From Carcharhinus longimanus (taxonomy: Eukaryota): DNA of 64,000 nt. The notes beneath the pieces were generated by a model, which saw only the letters and a list, made by a program, of their open reading frames with translations, made no database searches and was not told where the DNA came from. The translations under genes and the position numbers were made by a program. The stretch's first letter is position 1. Each line of letters starts with the position of its first letter. Below, in pieces: positions 1 through 11,614 of the stretch. Location of the stretch: assembly GCA_030264375.1 (NCBI GenBank), contig JASCQW010000132.1, positions 89,524,180-89,588,179 of the forward strand, in the 5' to 3' direction.

Positions 1-210
1 GTCTGCGTGGGATTCCTCTGGGTGCCCTGGTTTCCCCCCCCAGTCCAAAGATGTGCAGGTTAGACTAATTGGCCATGTTAAATTGACCCTAGTGTCAGGG
101 GATTAGCAGGGTAAATATGTGCGGTAATAGGAATAGGGCCTGGGTGGAATTGTGATTGGTGCAGGCTTGATGGGCCAAGTAACCTCCTTCTGCACTGTAG
201 GGATTCTCTG
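1..210 (+). mobile_element. HE1-type V-SINE, 5' end outside window
   Basis: V-domain gtctgcgtgggattcctctgggtg...cagtccaaagatgtgcaggttag, then CR1-type tail gggccaagtaacctccttctgcactgtagggattct; matches other copies in the window. Confidence 0.9.
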
Positions 211-1737
211 AAAGATTTCAATGAAAAGCCAGATTCTTCATGGGTAGCAATAACTAAAATATTAAAATAGCCTTAATTTATTGTGCATGGTTTGGGTCCT
301 CTGAAGGACTGAGTTGGTGTTTTCTTTGTGTGGCAATCCCAGGGAGAAGTTGAGGGCTGGGGGTTGACCCAGGAGAGGTGAGGCAGTAGTGAGTGGAGGG
401 ACTAGCAGCTGACTAGAAACTGCTTGTGGGTCAGAGGGAACATCTAAAGCTGCACTTTGAGTTTCATCTTGAGACATCAGCAGACACTTCAAGACTGCTA
501 GTTCNNNNNNNNNNNNNNNNNNNNNNNNNNNNNNNNNNNNNNNNNNNNNNNNNNNNNNNNNNNNNNNNNNNNNNNNNNNNNNNNNNNNNNNNNNNNNNTG
601 GATCCCAAAACACCTTTTGGGGCTTTGACTTAAATATGTTGATGAGATTCCTGCTGGTCTCATGTAGGAGCAATGTCTCCTTTTTTGGGATCACCTCAAA
701 AATCGAATTGTGTTGGCATTGGGTTATAAGTGCATGAAGGAGCCGGGGTACTTTTATTTTTGTCAAAATTGCAGAAAATCTAGTTGGTAGATAGATGAAA
801 ATCACCCACTTTTCGACAGTTCTTTATTGAAAGCCTTAAACATTTTTTTGAACCAGAAGAGCCTGAAAATGTCAAATTACACAGTATAGAATGATTTTCT
901 AAATGTACGAAAGAATTGAAGAGAGATAGGTTGATTGCGGAATTATCTTTAAAAGTTGAGCATTCATCTGATCAGAGTAACTCTGCTTTCGCAGATATCA
1001 TCAAATAAGACATATTGGAATAATTTAAATTGTTGTCATTAGAACTTCATTATTCCCTGGGTAATGCTGTACAATACTTATTGAGTCTTCCTTCATGAAC
1101 TGCAGTTAGAAAGATCACAATAAAATGTGGCACTGTAATTACCAAGAATGTAAGCACAGCAAACTCTTTTATCAATGTCTATTTTAAATTTCCCTCAATT
1201 CCATAGATAACCCATGGCTGATGTCACAGAGTTTGCAGCTAATCGTTGAGTTAGAAGTCCATAATGGAAGATTTCCATTCACTCTGACAGGAACGTTTAC
1301 TGATGGAATGATATCTTTTATTGTCTGCATCTGTCTTAATGTTAGGTATGGTGGATGTTGGAGAAGATTTCACATTCAATTGCAATCTTGTGAGTGTATT
1401 AGAATCAAGATGCAGCCCTTGGGACGCCACAATATTGACAAATGATCGGCAGCAGGGGGTGATAACAACACTGTGCTAATTTATGTTGGGATACAGTTCT
1501 ACTGGAGTCAGCTGCATTTTGTTATGTCACTCAGCTGCCCTTTTTCATGTGAGTCACCAGCGAAGTTATTCAACTATAGGAGTATTTACCTGATCATGCT
1601 GTTGTCAAACAGCAAAATACAAAATCTGTTGCAATAAAGTCACTTCATCCCAAGTGAAGTGTTTGATTTTTCTCCCTTCAAACCCAGGTGCATTCTAGTC
1701 CATTGCTGTGTATCTCACTGTTCAGCTGAGAGAGAGA

Positions 1738-1880
1738 TATTTGCATTTGTATTGCATGTTTAACCCCAAGACACCCTTAAAACCACTTCAAAGTATTTTT
1801 TTGAAGTGTAGCCACTTGTTGTGATGTAGGAACTAAACACAAGATCAACGAACTAGCACAAAGAGATTTTTTTTCAACCA
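1738..1880 (-). mobile_element. Degenerate Deu-domain SINE (SacSINE1-like) 3' fragment
   Basis: atttgcatttgtattgc...tttgaagtgtagccacttgttgtgatgtaggaa resembles the copies at 10225 and 53020. Confidence 0.55.
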
Positions 1881-2794
1881 CTGAGCATTTGTCAAATCTT
1901 TGATGAAATCAGCCTTCGTTACGTTTCAAAAGTAAGACAAAACTGAAATCAACCCAGTGCATTTCAAATCTGCAGCTAATGTATTTGACCCCAAAAAACC
2001 CAGGTGGTCACGTTCAAATAATGTCATATTTCAAAAAGCCAAATGACATCTAACTAAATTTCAATTGTAAATTTATTGGAATCTTATATTTTTCATAGAA
2101 TCTAGTCCTGTTTATTTGGGTGATTCTAACCCCTTGTGAATTTTTTGTTGTGAGCGCTTTATTATACTCAAAGAGCTTTGAATTTTGAGATGCGATGGTA
2201 TGCAAAACAGAATACTCTATGGGGAGGGGATGGTGGAGAGAGGGGTGACTGTCTTCTGCTTCATTCATTCAGCAATGTAGAACAAAGAATGAAAAAACTT
2301 GGATGACAAAAATAAAACGTCATCCTGCCGACAACCACATTGCGTCTTGCATTTTCTTTCGCCCACATACGTGTTGAGCACAAGCTGTTCTTTGACCCTT
2401 GAAAACTTCTTTCTTCATTAGAAGCAATGAACCTGTATATTTTGTAAAGTCAGGAGCTTTACTAATTAACAAGTGAAGGGCTTGTATTTTTTCAAGTACA
2501 TTGCAGGAACCCCACTCACATCTTTATCTACATTAAGTGCTTAATCATTTTGAGTTGGCAGGGAGAGGGGAGGTGATCACATATGAGAGAAGGCTGAATT
2601 TCTGCTCCACTTGTCTTCCCTTACCTGTTTTTTCTTTTTCTGGTAGCTTTGTTTTGGTATTTCTTCTAGTTAGCACCATTTAGCTTGGGTCTTCTTCACT
2701 GCTACTCAAGACCACCAGTTTCTCAGATGGCAGTATCAGATCACTTCAATAGCAATGTTTAAAGACATTTACAATATGACACACAAATGTAGCA

Positions 2795-3817
2795 GGGGTG
2801 ACCTTGAGCCCATGCTCGCTGTCTGTGCAAATGCCAGAAGGGGCTCCACATCTGGAAATTGCAGTTCTTGCTGGCGAGTTTGCGATTTTGAATCTTCCTT
2901 GCCAGCGATATCATCAGGTCATGTCCATAACAGACATGAACCTATGTTACATTAAGTGGAATATAATAAACCCACCTCCTCACCAGATATTGACACCCGC
3001 CATATATTGACACTAAGTTGCCGTGATGTCACATTGACGCAGTTTGCAACAGGTCCACACAGCAGTGAACCTGTCGTGAGGGACTCCCTAGGTGCGCAAA
3101 AGTAAGTATAACCCCTGGAGGAGAGGCACTGCCTCCTGGCATATAATGGCACCATGCCAATGCTAACCTGGCTGTGCCAACCTGTGCCAAGGGATGGGCC
3201 CCAGTAGTTGCCTCATTGGTAGGGGGGGGGGGAGGAATGATTTATATATGATGATGGCCAGGAGCAGACAGAGAGTTGGGGATGCCAGCAATGACTGTTG
3301 GGGGTGGGGACGGGGTGATGGAGATTGGTGTCAGCTAGACCGTGGTGGTGAAGGAGAAAAGGCTAACGATCAGGTTGGGGAAATGGCCGCTGATCAGGGT
3401 GAAGGGGATGGGCCAGACGATTAGGATGAAGGGGATGGGGCCGACAATCAGGGTGGAGGGGAAGGGTCCGACGATGGGAGACAGGAGAAGGCCCGCTGAT
3501 TTTGGTCATTGATTGGAGTCAGCACTTCTCTACACCTCCTTCCCCACTCGAGGGTAGGAAGGGGAGCCCCAAAGCCCTATTGATGGGCTAAAGGGGAGGT
3601 TTACTCAGATTCTAATTGGGGCATCCTTCAAAGATGGCGTCCTGATCTCTGTGCAGCTGACTTATGATGGTGTGTTGAGGCCCAGCCCTCCAGGTATCAT
3701 TGCGTGAAAAACACCCCCTTGATTTTCTTCAGCAGAGTGTCGTAAGATCTGGAGAAAAACACGCCAGTTTTCTCAACAGAAATAACACGCTGCCATTTTA
3801 CGGTAAGACTTAGCCCA
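2795..3817. mobile_element. Non-autonomous PIF/Harbinger-type DNA element
   Basis: GC-rich block ending ...cattttacggtaagacttagccc; subterminal gatctggagaaaaacacgccagttttc is shared with 56086-56157; internal G-rich tandem repeat. Confidence 0.55.
3367..3475 (+). repeat. Degenerate G-rich tandem repeat, unit about 27 bp, about 4 copies
   Basis: Units such as gatcagggtgaaggggatgggccaga / gattaggatgaaggggatggggccga / aatcagggtggaggggaagggtccga. Confidence 0.75.
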
Positions 3818-4199
3818 ACATTTCTGAGAGGTTATATTTTGATCATACATTGCCCTTAAAGTACAACTCTATTTTCTCCCTCAGTGAAAATGTACTGTGC
3901 CTTCTTTAGGTTCTGTACTGTAACACAACCTCACAAACTATTTCTTGCAAGATGGTTGTGAAGGCGTGAGGGAGATGATAATAGTAGAAGGGATCTGAAC
4001 TAATCCTTGCTCTTGAGACACAAGGAGATTCAGACCAATGTTGAGGCACTATTATTACCAGGAACTTGCACTTGTCCAATTGAATCGTGTCTTTTATGAA
4101 GACAGGAGAGCAAAACGAAACCAGAAGAATCAAAATACACATCTACTGAAAGTCTTCAAACATTATACTCAACAATATAACAAATGGAAATCAATATTG

Positions 4200-4480
4200 C
4201 CCAGTTTATTTGGATGGGTGAAAACACAGCATACAATGTAACACACAACATGACAATCCCAGATTTGATTTCCAATCCTCGTTGTTGGTGGATCTCAGTC
4301 TGGGCAACAGTTAGGCAATGACAATTGAGTTTAATGCCGATACATTCGAAATGTGCAACCAGCCATGCTTCCCAGTGTTAATTGCTAACCTCGAGAGGAT
4401 CAGCATGAGCACTGCAATTGATGAATGTATGGTAGGCGCTGACACACTTGATGCCCTCTACAACTAAAGATAAGAACCTT
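4200..4480 (+). mobile_element. Ancient degenerate SINE-like element, possibly related to 55140-55360
   Basis: B-box-like cccagatttgatttcc followed by gatctcagtctgggcaacag...acaattg; recognised only loosely. Confidence 0.3.
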
Positions 4481-4849
4481 GTTTAGAGATTATCCATCTG
4501 GGAAACTGAACCTAATGGGGCTTTGGGTGAGTACAGTATCAGACATGAAAGATGGTCTCTTGGGTGATTTACTGATAGCTGCTGATGCCCATAGTACAAT
4601 TGTCCTTTAAGAAAGCACCTACAGAAATGGGGAGGAAATCGGAGCAAATAAGATTCCATGTGGTAGCACCTCAAATCCTCTTATTAGTTTGTGTTAAAAT
4701 CAGTTTTGGAAATTTTACCTAGATTTAAAGATGGGCTAACTACTGTTGACTAATGTTACAATAAAAGCAACACTTCGAAGACCAACTGTGGACTTACCTG
4801 TCGTCTCCTGGCTAATATTTCACCTCACTTCACACAATTAAAAAAAAGA

Positions 4850-5008
4850 TGATATTGTCGTCATCATCATTGTTGTTTTGGGAGCTTGCTGTGCACAAAA
4901 CGGCTGCTGTTATTTTCTATATTACAGTATTTGCTAAACTTCTAAAATATATTACTGGCTGTAAAATGTCATGGGAGATCCTGAAAGGCACTATACAAAT
5001 GCAATTAC
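4850..5008 (+). mobile_element. Deu-domain SINE (SacSINE1-like) 3' part with L2-type tail
   Basis: tgggagcttgctgtgcacaaaacggctgctg...ggctgtaaaatgtcatgggagatcctgaaaggcactatacaaatgcaa. Confidence 0.75.
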
Positions 5009-5016
5009 AGCATGAA

Positions 5017-5264
5017 GAATTCTGGTTTGATTCCAGCCTTGGGTGACTGTCTGTGTGGAGTTTGCACGTTCTCCCTGTGTTTGCGTGGGTTTCCTCCGCG
5101 TGCTCAGTTTCCTCCATGTCCAAAGATGTATAGATTAGGTGGATTAGCCATTGTAAGTGTGTGGGGTTACAGGGATAGGGTAGAGCTGAGTGCCAGGGTA
5201 GGATGTTCTTTCAGAGAATTGGTGCAGAATTGATGGACCAGATGGCCTCTTTCTGCAATATTGG
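5017..5264 (+). mobile_element. HE1-type V-SINE, 5'-truncated
   Basis: ccttgggtgactgtctgtgtggagtttgcacgttctccctg...gatggaccagatggcctctttctgca. Confidence 0.9.
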
Positions 5265-5274
5265 GTTTTTTCAA

Positions 5275-5650
5275 ACAGCAATCTTTAATGTTGCAAAAAT
5301 TCTCAATGTGCTTCACAGAAGCATAATCAGATAGGATTTGACACAAAGCCATTGCGGAAATATTAAAATTCTGGAGAGGGAGTTTCCAGGAGCTTCTTTA
5401 ATGAGCACAAGGAGGCAGAAGTGAGTTAAGGAGGGAATTCCAGAGCTTAATGCCTAGGCAACTGAAGCCATGGCTGCCAATGGTGCTGCAAAGGTAATTG
5501 AGGATCCACAAGGGACCAGTGTTGGACTGGTGCAAAGTTCTCAAAGAATTTTCAGGCTGGATAAAGTTACAGAGATCAGGAGAGGTGAGCCCAGGAGGAA
5601 TTTGAGTGGGGATGAAAATGTTAAATTTGAGGCTTTTTCCAATGATAGAT
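5275..5650 (-). mobile_element. L2 LINE 3' fragment
   Basis: ORF 5398-5754 contains LTSPDLCNFIQP...STIGSHGFSCLGIKLWNSL, matching the L2 ORF2 C-terminal motif (GGRAFS...PKLWNSLP). Confidence 0.8.
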
Positions 5651-6343
5651 TTCAGTAATAATTTGATTTTATCAATACCCCACAGAGCTCCCCACTTTCC
5701 CAAACTCTGTGGAGCATTAACAAAGACAAGGATTGATGGTCGTTTTAATGTCAAATAAGTATTCTAATCATGTGAAATGGCTTCATATCCCAATAAATGA
5801 GATGCACCATTATATTTGCTGCAAATTTAAAGTATATATTATATATAGTCACTTCCCAATATTTGCTACCATCACAGATTACTGATTGTTGTGTAGGTCT
5901 TCCCCTTCTGAAACAAGCCCAAGTGACTCCAAACATTTCACAGAGCTTGAGTATCAAAGCTAACATTAAAGGACTTGATGGCGTGCAAGTCAGAAAGTGG
6001 TTTATTTTTAGTTGTAGGGGGTACAAAGTGTGTGTAAATGCATGCCATACATTCATCAGTTGCGGCTCTCATGCTGATTTTCTTTTGAGGTTCTATATAA
6101 AAAACACAGGATGTGTTCATTCTAAGCTGCCACTTTGCAACCTATTGAAGGACTGATTCAAACTGGAATGTGACAGTTAAGAATTTCTACACGATCTGAT
6201 AAGGGAGAGATTGGATAGCATACCATTCAGAAGCAGAAGGAAGAGACAGTATGCTGCTGCCTATTTGTTTAGACTGAAGAATGTTTAAACTATACAGTGG
6301 CTGTTCTAGGCCCAAATATCCTTTACAACAAACCTAAGACCGT

Positions 6344-6650
6344 GGCGGCATGGCAGCACAGTGGCCAGGGACCTGGGTTTGATTCACAGTTTGGGTCACT
6401 GTGCGGAGCCTGTATGTTCTCCCTGTGTCTACGTGGGTTTCCTCCAGGTGCTCCAGTGTCGTCATTCTACCCGCCCCCTCCCCCCCACAAACGGTCATCT
6501 CCACTTGAAATGTCAGCCCTTTCTCTCTTTACAGATGCTGCCGGACCTGCTAAGATTTTTCAGCATTTTCTCTTTAGATTTTTGCAGTAACTTCATTGCA
6601 ATGTTAATATAAGCCCACTTGTGACAGAAATAAATAAATTTTAAACTTTA
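6344..6650 (+). mobile_element. Alternative-tail V-SINE whose middle is replaced by a family-B PLE-like fragment (about 6460-6578)
   Basis: SINE head to ...ccaggtgctccagt, then cttgaaatgtcagccctttctctctttacagatgctgccggacctgctaag, then SINE tail cagtaacttcattgcaatgttaat...gtgacagaaataaataaa. Confidence 0.8.
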
Positions 6651-6690
6651 CGAATTGCATCAGCAATTTTAGACTCTGACAGAACAGTTT

Positions 6691-7006
6691 TAGAGAATCC
6701 CTACAGTGCAGAAGGAGGTCGTTCGGCCCATCGAGCCTGCACCAACAACAATTCCACCCAGACATTATCACCACAACCTCACGTTTTTATCCTGGCTAGT
6801 CCCCCTGACACTAAGGGGCAATTAATCATGACCAATCCACCTAACGTGCACATCTTTGGATTGTGGGAGGAAGCCAGAGCACCCGGAGGAAACTCACACA
6901 GACACTGGGAGAATGTGCAATCTCCACATAGACAGTGACCTGATGCCAGAATCGAACTTGGGTCCCTGACACTGTGAAGCAGCAGTGTAAGCCAGTGTGC
7001 CACCAT
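6691..7006 (-). mobile_element. HE1-type V-SINE, near full length
   Basis: Reverse complement has tRNA-like head tggtggcacactggcttacactgctgc, V-domain and tail ccttctgcactgtagggattct. Confidence 0.92.
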
Positions 7007-8349
7007 ATTTTTGTTTTGTTCAATTTCTTCTTCCTCAACATTCTTATAGAAAGAACAAATAGATATGGCAAATGTAAAATTCCTCTAGCTATACTCAAAG
7101 AAATGCCTATCTTTTGTGATTATTATGTTTAGTATTACGCTGAGGCTACTAACTGGGTATTTGCAACTCTAACTGGCATTTGTGTACATGCTTTTATCTC
7201 TATCATTTTCAGATCAGCTCCACCACACAATTCACTGGTGGTTTACAATGTCTATGGACTTCTCCCCAACTCCCATTCCTATCCTACCTAACCCAAAAGC
7301 TCATATTGAGGTTCCATGAGTGCAGGCCACCTTTAAGTACTTCAGCAATATGGGCGTGCATTATATGTATGTCAAAGTGGGGAGTGTGATCTGGGAGAGG
7401 AGATTGCCTGCTCATCATAGAACAAGCTGCTTTTCACTTTATTGATTTCAAGTCTCGTTAGGTTATTTACAGCCAGGCCAATTCTACCCAGCCACTTCAT
7501 CCAGCAGGGACCAATGGATAGCAAATGAGGAGCAGTAGCCTAAATAGAATTGCATTCCTCTTTCGCTCCTCCACCTGCCCTGTGCAATCTCAGAGCTCAA
7601 GGACTGGGAAGTAATCAGGACAAGGTTGTTTAGCAGAATAAGACGTGGGCTAACAGTATCATCACAAACGTTAACAATTTTCAAAGCTATCTGGCAAATG
7701 TGGAAGATAAAGGAAATGCAGTTATTGTTTATGGCTGAAATGTTGTTCTTCCATGCTGTAAAGTTTTTGAAAATGGTAATACCCTTTTAGTCTGCACCTT
7801 TCAAGAATATTCCACGGAGGAACACCCTTGACATCTTATGCCAGATGAGGAAATTGTTTGTTTCCTGTCTGTGGTGTGGTTTTAATACATCCTTACTTTG
7901 ACTTATTTATATGAGATCTTGAACTTGCGTGACAGAGTTCAAGGGAAAGGCCACCAAGGAAAGGTTGCTGAGCAAATAAAACTTGTCATTAAAGTGGGTG
8001 TTGATTTAAACTTTTGACTTCATTGTGTGTTGTTTGTGTTTGTGCTGTATTTTCTTCTGAATAAACAAATCAAGTAGGCAGACTGGGAAGGATTTTGAAT
8101 GCACAACTTTGAGAGCAATATCTGTTATCACTTACGAAAACATCTGCAGATAAAGATAACTTGGCCACTTTCTTTCCACTGAGTCAAATTGGGAGGGAAA
8201 ACCATTCAAACACAAAGGCCTGTAGATTCATGGAGTCATGGAGATTCTGCAGCAACTCCAAAATGGCGGATGGATCACAGATGCAGAAGCCCCACTCCCA
8301 GATCTGGTGGGGACCCGCACAGAAAGGGTTAGAAACCAGCTGTAGAGTT

Positions 8350-9060
8350 AGATCATCGGAGGAGGAGGATAATGAGGAAGAGGCGGAGGAGGCTTCTATC
8401 TAAGGCGATGAAGATGACAGTAGAGGAGGAGGACAGCAATGGTAGACCAACTGAGGGGTAGCCCATTGTCCAGGACTGATTCATTACAGCAGGACATTAT
8501 TGTCAGAAATCTCTTAGTACAGAGCAGATTTACTCGGACATGAATTTTAATCAGCAACCGAGTCCATCAGCCAGTCCCCGGTGAGCAACAGCCATAATGG
8601 GCTCTTTCCATGGACTCCAGACGTCATCGCGGAAATATTCAACCCCAACAAAAGAGAATACCAACAGGACACATTTAAAATCAGTGTTATCAGCATCGCT
8701 GAACCTGGCACCATTATCACCTTTGGGGTCTATCCACAGATGTACTACTGTACACATTACTGCTTGAGACTGGGAAATAACAGGCCAAGATTTGGTCATG
8801 TGCCTAGCCAAATCATGCTATTGTGTCAAGGGCGAACATGGATTTAAGACACGTAGCCTGCAGCAATGATCATGTGGGCCACTTTTTCCAAAGGATAGCA
8901 GACCCTGATCCATCCACACTTCTCCACCCTGAGTGAAAAACTGCACCTTTTGAGGTAGTTTGTCTCTCCCTCCTCATCCACCCTGAGGTGAGTGCATTGA
9001 GCTNNNNNNNNNNGGCCAGAACATTTCATGGGAAATTGTTGAAGAGCTTTATTCATTCCT
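8350..9060. pseudogene. Possible highly decayed PIF/Harbinger transposase remnants
   Basis: Minus ORF 8844-9056 has QCTHLR...NYLKR and CYPLEKVAHMIIAA, loosely like Harbinger DCTHV...YVNRKG and QYSPEKV..IIVAC; plus strand has an Arg-rich run and WTPDVIAEI; frames are broken. Confidence 0.3.
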
Positions 9061-9209
9061 GTGATTCACCGCATTACTCCCAAGTGCTCAAGAACATGAG
9101 TCAATCTCTCTTGCAGTCAGCAGTTTCCCTGGGATAAGGCTGTGTTATATAAAAATAACTTGGCATTGTTTGGAACTTTCATGAAAGAGGATATGAAATT
9201 CAACCAAAA

Positions 9210-9400
9210 ATAAAAGAAAAACCACGAGTGCTGCAAATCGGAAATCACGAAAGAGAGTGTTAACCACAGCAGCTGGTTAGCTTCTGAGAGAAAAGGTCTG
9301 TGACAAGTTGTGTGATAATGTGCACCTCCACCCAAAATGGTAATATCTTTACTCCCGTGAACAGGCTAACCTGTGATGCATTTGCAGCGTTTGGTGTTTA
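9210..9400. mobile_element. Very degenerate family-B PLE-like repeat, possibly fold-back
   Basis: aaaagaaaaaccacgagtgctgcaaatcggaaat... resembles the family-B terminus at 61110 and 32345. Confidence 0.4.
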
Positions 9401-9866
9401 TATAAAATTGTTCTGTTGCATTCAACAAAAAAGAAATAGCTCCATTCGATGAAACTTCGAAATGATTTCACATGGAATTGCCACAGAAGGCATGGGAGGA
9501 AATTCCTTTGAAATTCTGCCATTATCTTGTTGACTGATTCTAATTAAAAAAAAACACAAACAAGAGTTTGCGAAATTTAGCCGAGGTTACAGCAGGAGAT
9601 CAAAATAGTCTCTGCAGAAATTCTAACTCCTTTTGTTTTCCCTATTACCATTGAGCACCACCCCACCCATTCCCCCAAACCCTTGCCTTCACCTACAACC
9701 TTATCACACTGTCCAATTCATAAATCAAGTCCAATCAACTAAACCTAAATCTCTGACAATATCTCTGTGTGTATGTGCCATATATGAATGGTCCTAAGTG
9801 GCTTATTTCCTGAGTTGTTGAAGAGAAAAAGAAGTATTTATAAAATACTTTTCATAAGCTTGGGAT

Positions 9867-10221
9867 TCATAGAATCTCTGCAGTACAGAACGAAGCCACT
9901 TGGCCCACTGAGTCTGCGCTGACTCTCCGAAAGAGCATCTCATCCATGCTCTTGCCTTATCCCTGTAACTACGTGCATTTACCATTATTAATCATCCTAC
10001 TCTAGCCATCTTTGGACAATAAGGGGCAATTTAACATGGCAAATGCACCTAACCTGCACATCTTTGGAGTGTGGGAGGAAACCGGAGCATCCGGAGGAAA
10101 CCCATGCAGATATGGGAAGAATGTGCAAACTCCACACAGACTGTCACCCAAGGACAGAATCACATCGTGTCCCTGGCGTTGTGATGCAGCAGCGCTACTC
10201 ACTGTGCTACCCTGCTGGCCC
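9867..10221 (-). mobile_element. HE1-type V-SINE, full length
   Basis: tcatagaatctctgcagtacagaacgaagcc tail; gggaggaaaccggagcatccggaggaaacccatgcaga V-domain; head at 10180-10221. Confidence 0.92.
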
Positions 10222-10224
10222 ATT

Positions 10225-10555
10225 GTGCTACTAAAAATGCTTTACAGCCAGTGATACACATGTGATTTGTAGGAACTCCAACAATTTGGGAAATACAATA
10301 GGAAATTTGAGCAAAGCAAGGCCCAGAAACAGCAACAAAATAAATGACCAGATCATCTGTTTTAGCTGTTAACTGAGGGTCAAATTTTGGTCAGAACATT
10401 GGGGGAACTCCCTTGCTTTTTTTCACATCATGCCATAGGATCTTTTACATTCACCTACGAGGGTGAACAGCACCGCGGTTTGACATTTTATCTGAAAGTC
10501 AGCACTTCTGTCAGCACAGCATTCTGGCAGTATCTGTGTCAGTATCAATTATCTT
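10225..10555 (-). mobile_element. Deu-domain SINE (SacSINE1-like)
   Basis: aatgaccagatcatctgtttt...catgccataggatcttttacattcacct...ggtttgacattttatctgaaagtcagcacttctgtcag. Confidence 0.8.
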
Positions 10556-10828
10556 TTCCTCTGTGGAAGCCCCTTTCCTTTGATTGTCCGTTCCCACTGA
10601 CCTGTTGGAATTAGGGATGCATCTCGAGGGAACCCATAAGCATGAAACTGCATCTTACCACCTGTTACACAACACATGTAACACACTGATCCACAACACG
10701 GGGCACCACCAGCCATCATCTAAATAGCTCATTTTAGAACTAAGACACAAACTCCCCAGAATACCAAATCAAACAGAGAACTCTGGCAATCCTCAGCAGG
10801 TTAGACTGTGGAAAGAGAGAGTAAAAAT

Positions 10829-11062
10829 AAAGTAAAGTTTATTTATTAGTCGCAGTTAAGGTTTACATCAACACTGCAATGAAGTTACTGTGAAATTCCT
10901 CTAGTCGCCACAGTCTAGCACCTGTTCGGGCCAATGCACCTAACCAGCACATCTTTCAGACTGTGTGAGGAGACTGGAGCACCCAAAGGAAACCCACTCA
11001 GACAGTGACCCAGGTCCCTGGCACTGTGAGGCAGCAGTGCTAACCACTGTGCCACCGTGCTG
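10829..11062 (-). mobile_element. Alternative-tail V-SINE, internally deleted, nested in the family-B element
   Basis: aagtttatttattagtcgcag...actgcaatgaagttactgtgaaattcctctagtcgccac...gcagtgctaaccactgtgccaccgtgc. Confidence 0.9.
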
Positions 11063-11083
11063 ACCAAGAGAGAAAGAGAAACC

Positions 11084-11119
11084 ATGAGCATTTCAGGTTG
11101 ATGACCTTTCATCAGAACT
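11084..11119 (-). ncRNA. Minimal type-I hammerhead ribozyme motif (family B), decayed stem III
   Basis: Reverse complement AGUU-CUGAUGA-A-AGGU CAUCA ACCU-GAAA-UGCUCAU. Confidence 0.6.
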
Positions 11120-11128
11120 CTCATTATC

Positions 11129-11166
11129 AGCTCTGATGAAAGACCATTGACCTGAAATATTAATTC
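11129..11166 (+). ncRNA. Minimal type-I hammerhead ribozyme motif (family B), decayed
   Basis: AGCU-CUGAUGA-A-AGACCAUUGACCU-GAAA-UAUU-AAUU. Confidence 0.55.
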
Positions 11167-11614
11167 GTTCTCTCTCTCACTCCAACCCTGCTGCCTGACT
11201 GGCTGAATGGGTCCAGCATTTTTCATCTCTGTTTTAGGTTTCCAGCACCCTGAGGTTTTTGGCTCGCCTTGTTGCATAATTCAACACAGAATATTTTCAG
11301 ATTGAGCATTTAATGCTTCACCTTCTCATCTGATCCAGCGGATTTTCTATTTTCAATGTGTGGACCAAGTAAAACACTTCATAACGGAGTGAGTGCACAG
11401 ACTGTGGTGGTCTGAACTATATTTTTGTGAGCTTAACTTCCTTTTGGAAAGTTAGTGTTTTGAGCTGCATTTAGAAAGTCATGAGTAAACCCAAATAATT
11501 TTTAACAATAAATTAAACATTCCAGAAGCATGCCATCAAACCATAAGCCTGAACTACTATCCATCAGTTAGATGTCAGCTGATAACCCTTCCCAATAGAG
11601 CCTGCTGTACAAAT

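Larger units (their letters stand above)
10765..11265. mobile_element. Family-B PLE-like fold-back element with two inverted hammerhead motifs, interrupted by a SINE
   Basis: Left arm (minus) 10765-10820 plus 11066-11119; right arm (plus) 11129-11265 ...ttctctctctcactccaaccctgctgcctgactggctgaatgggtccagcattttt. Confidence 0.7.

Noticed and set aside
4792-4850. Perfect minus-strand splice donor CAG/GTAAGT
   Set aside because: The nearest plausible exon has stops in all three frames, and such 9-mers are expected by chance.
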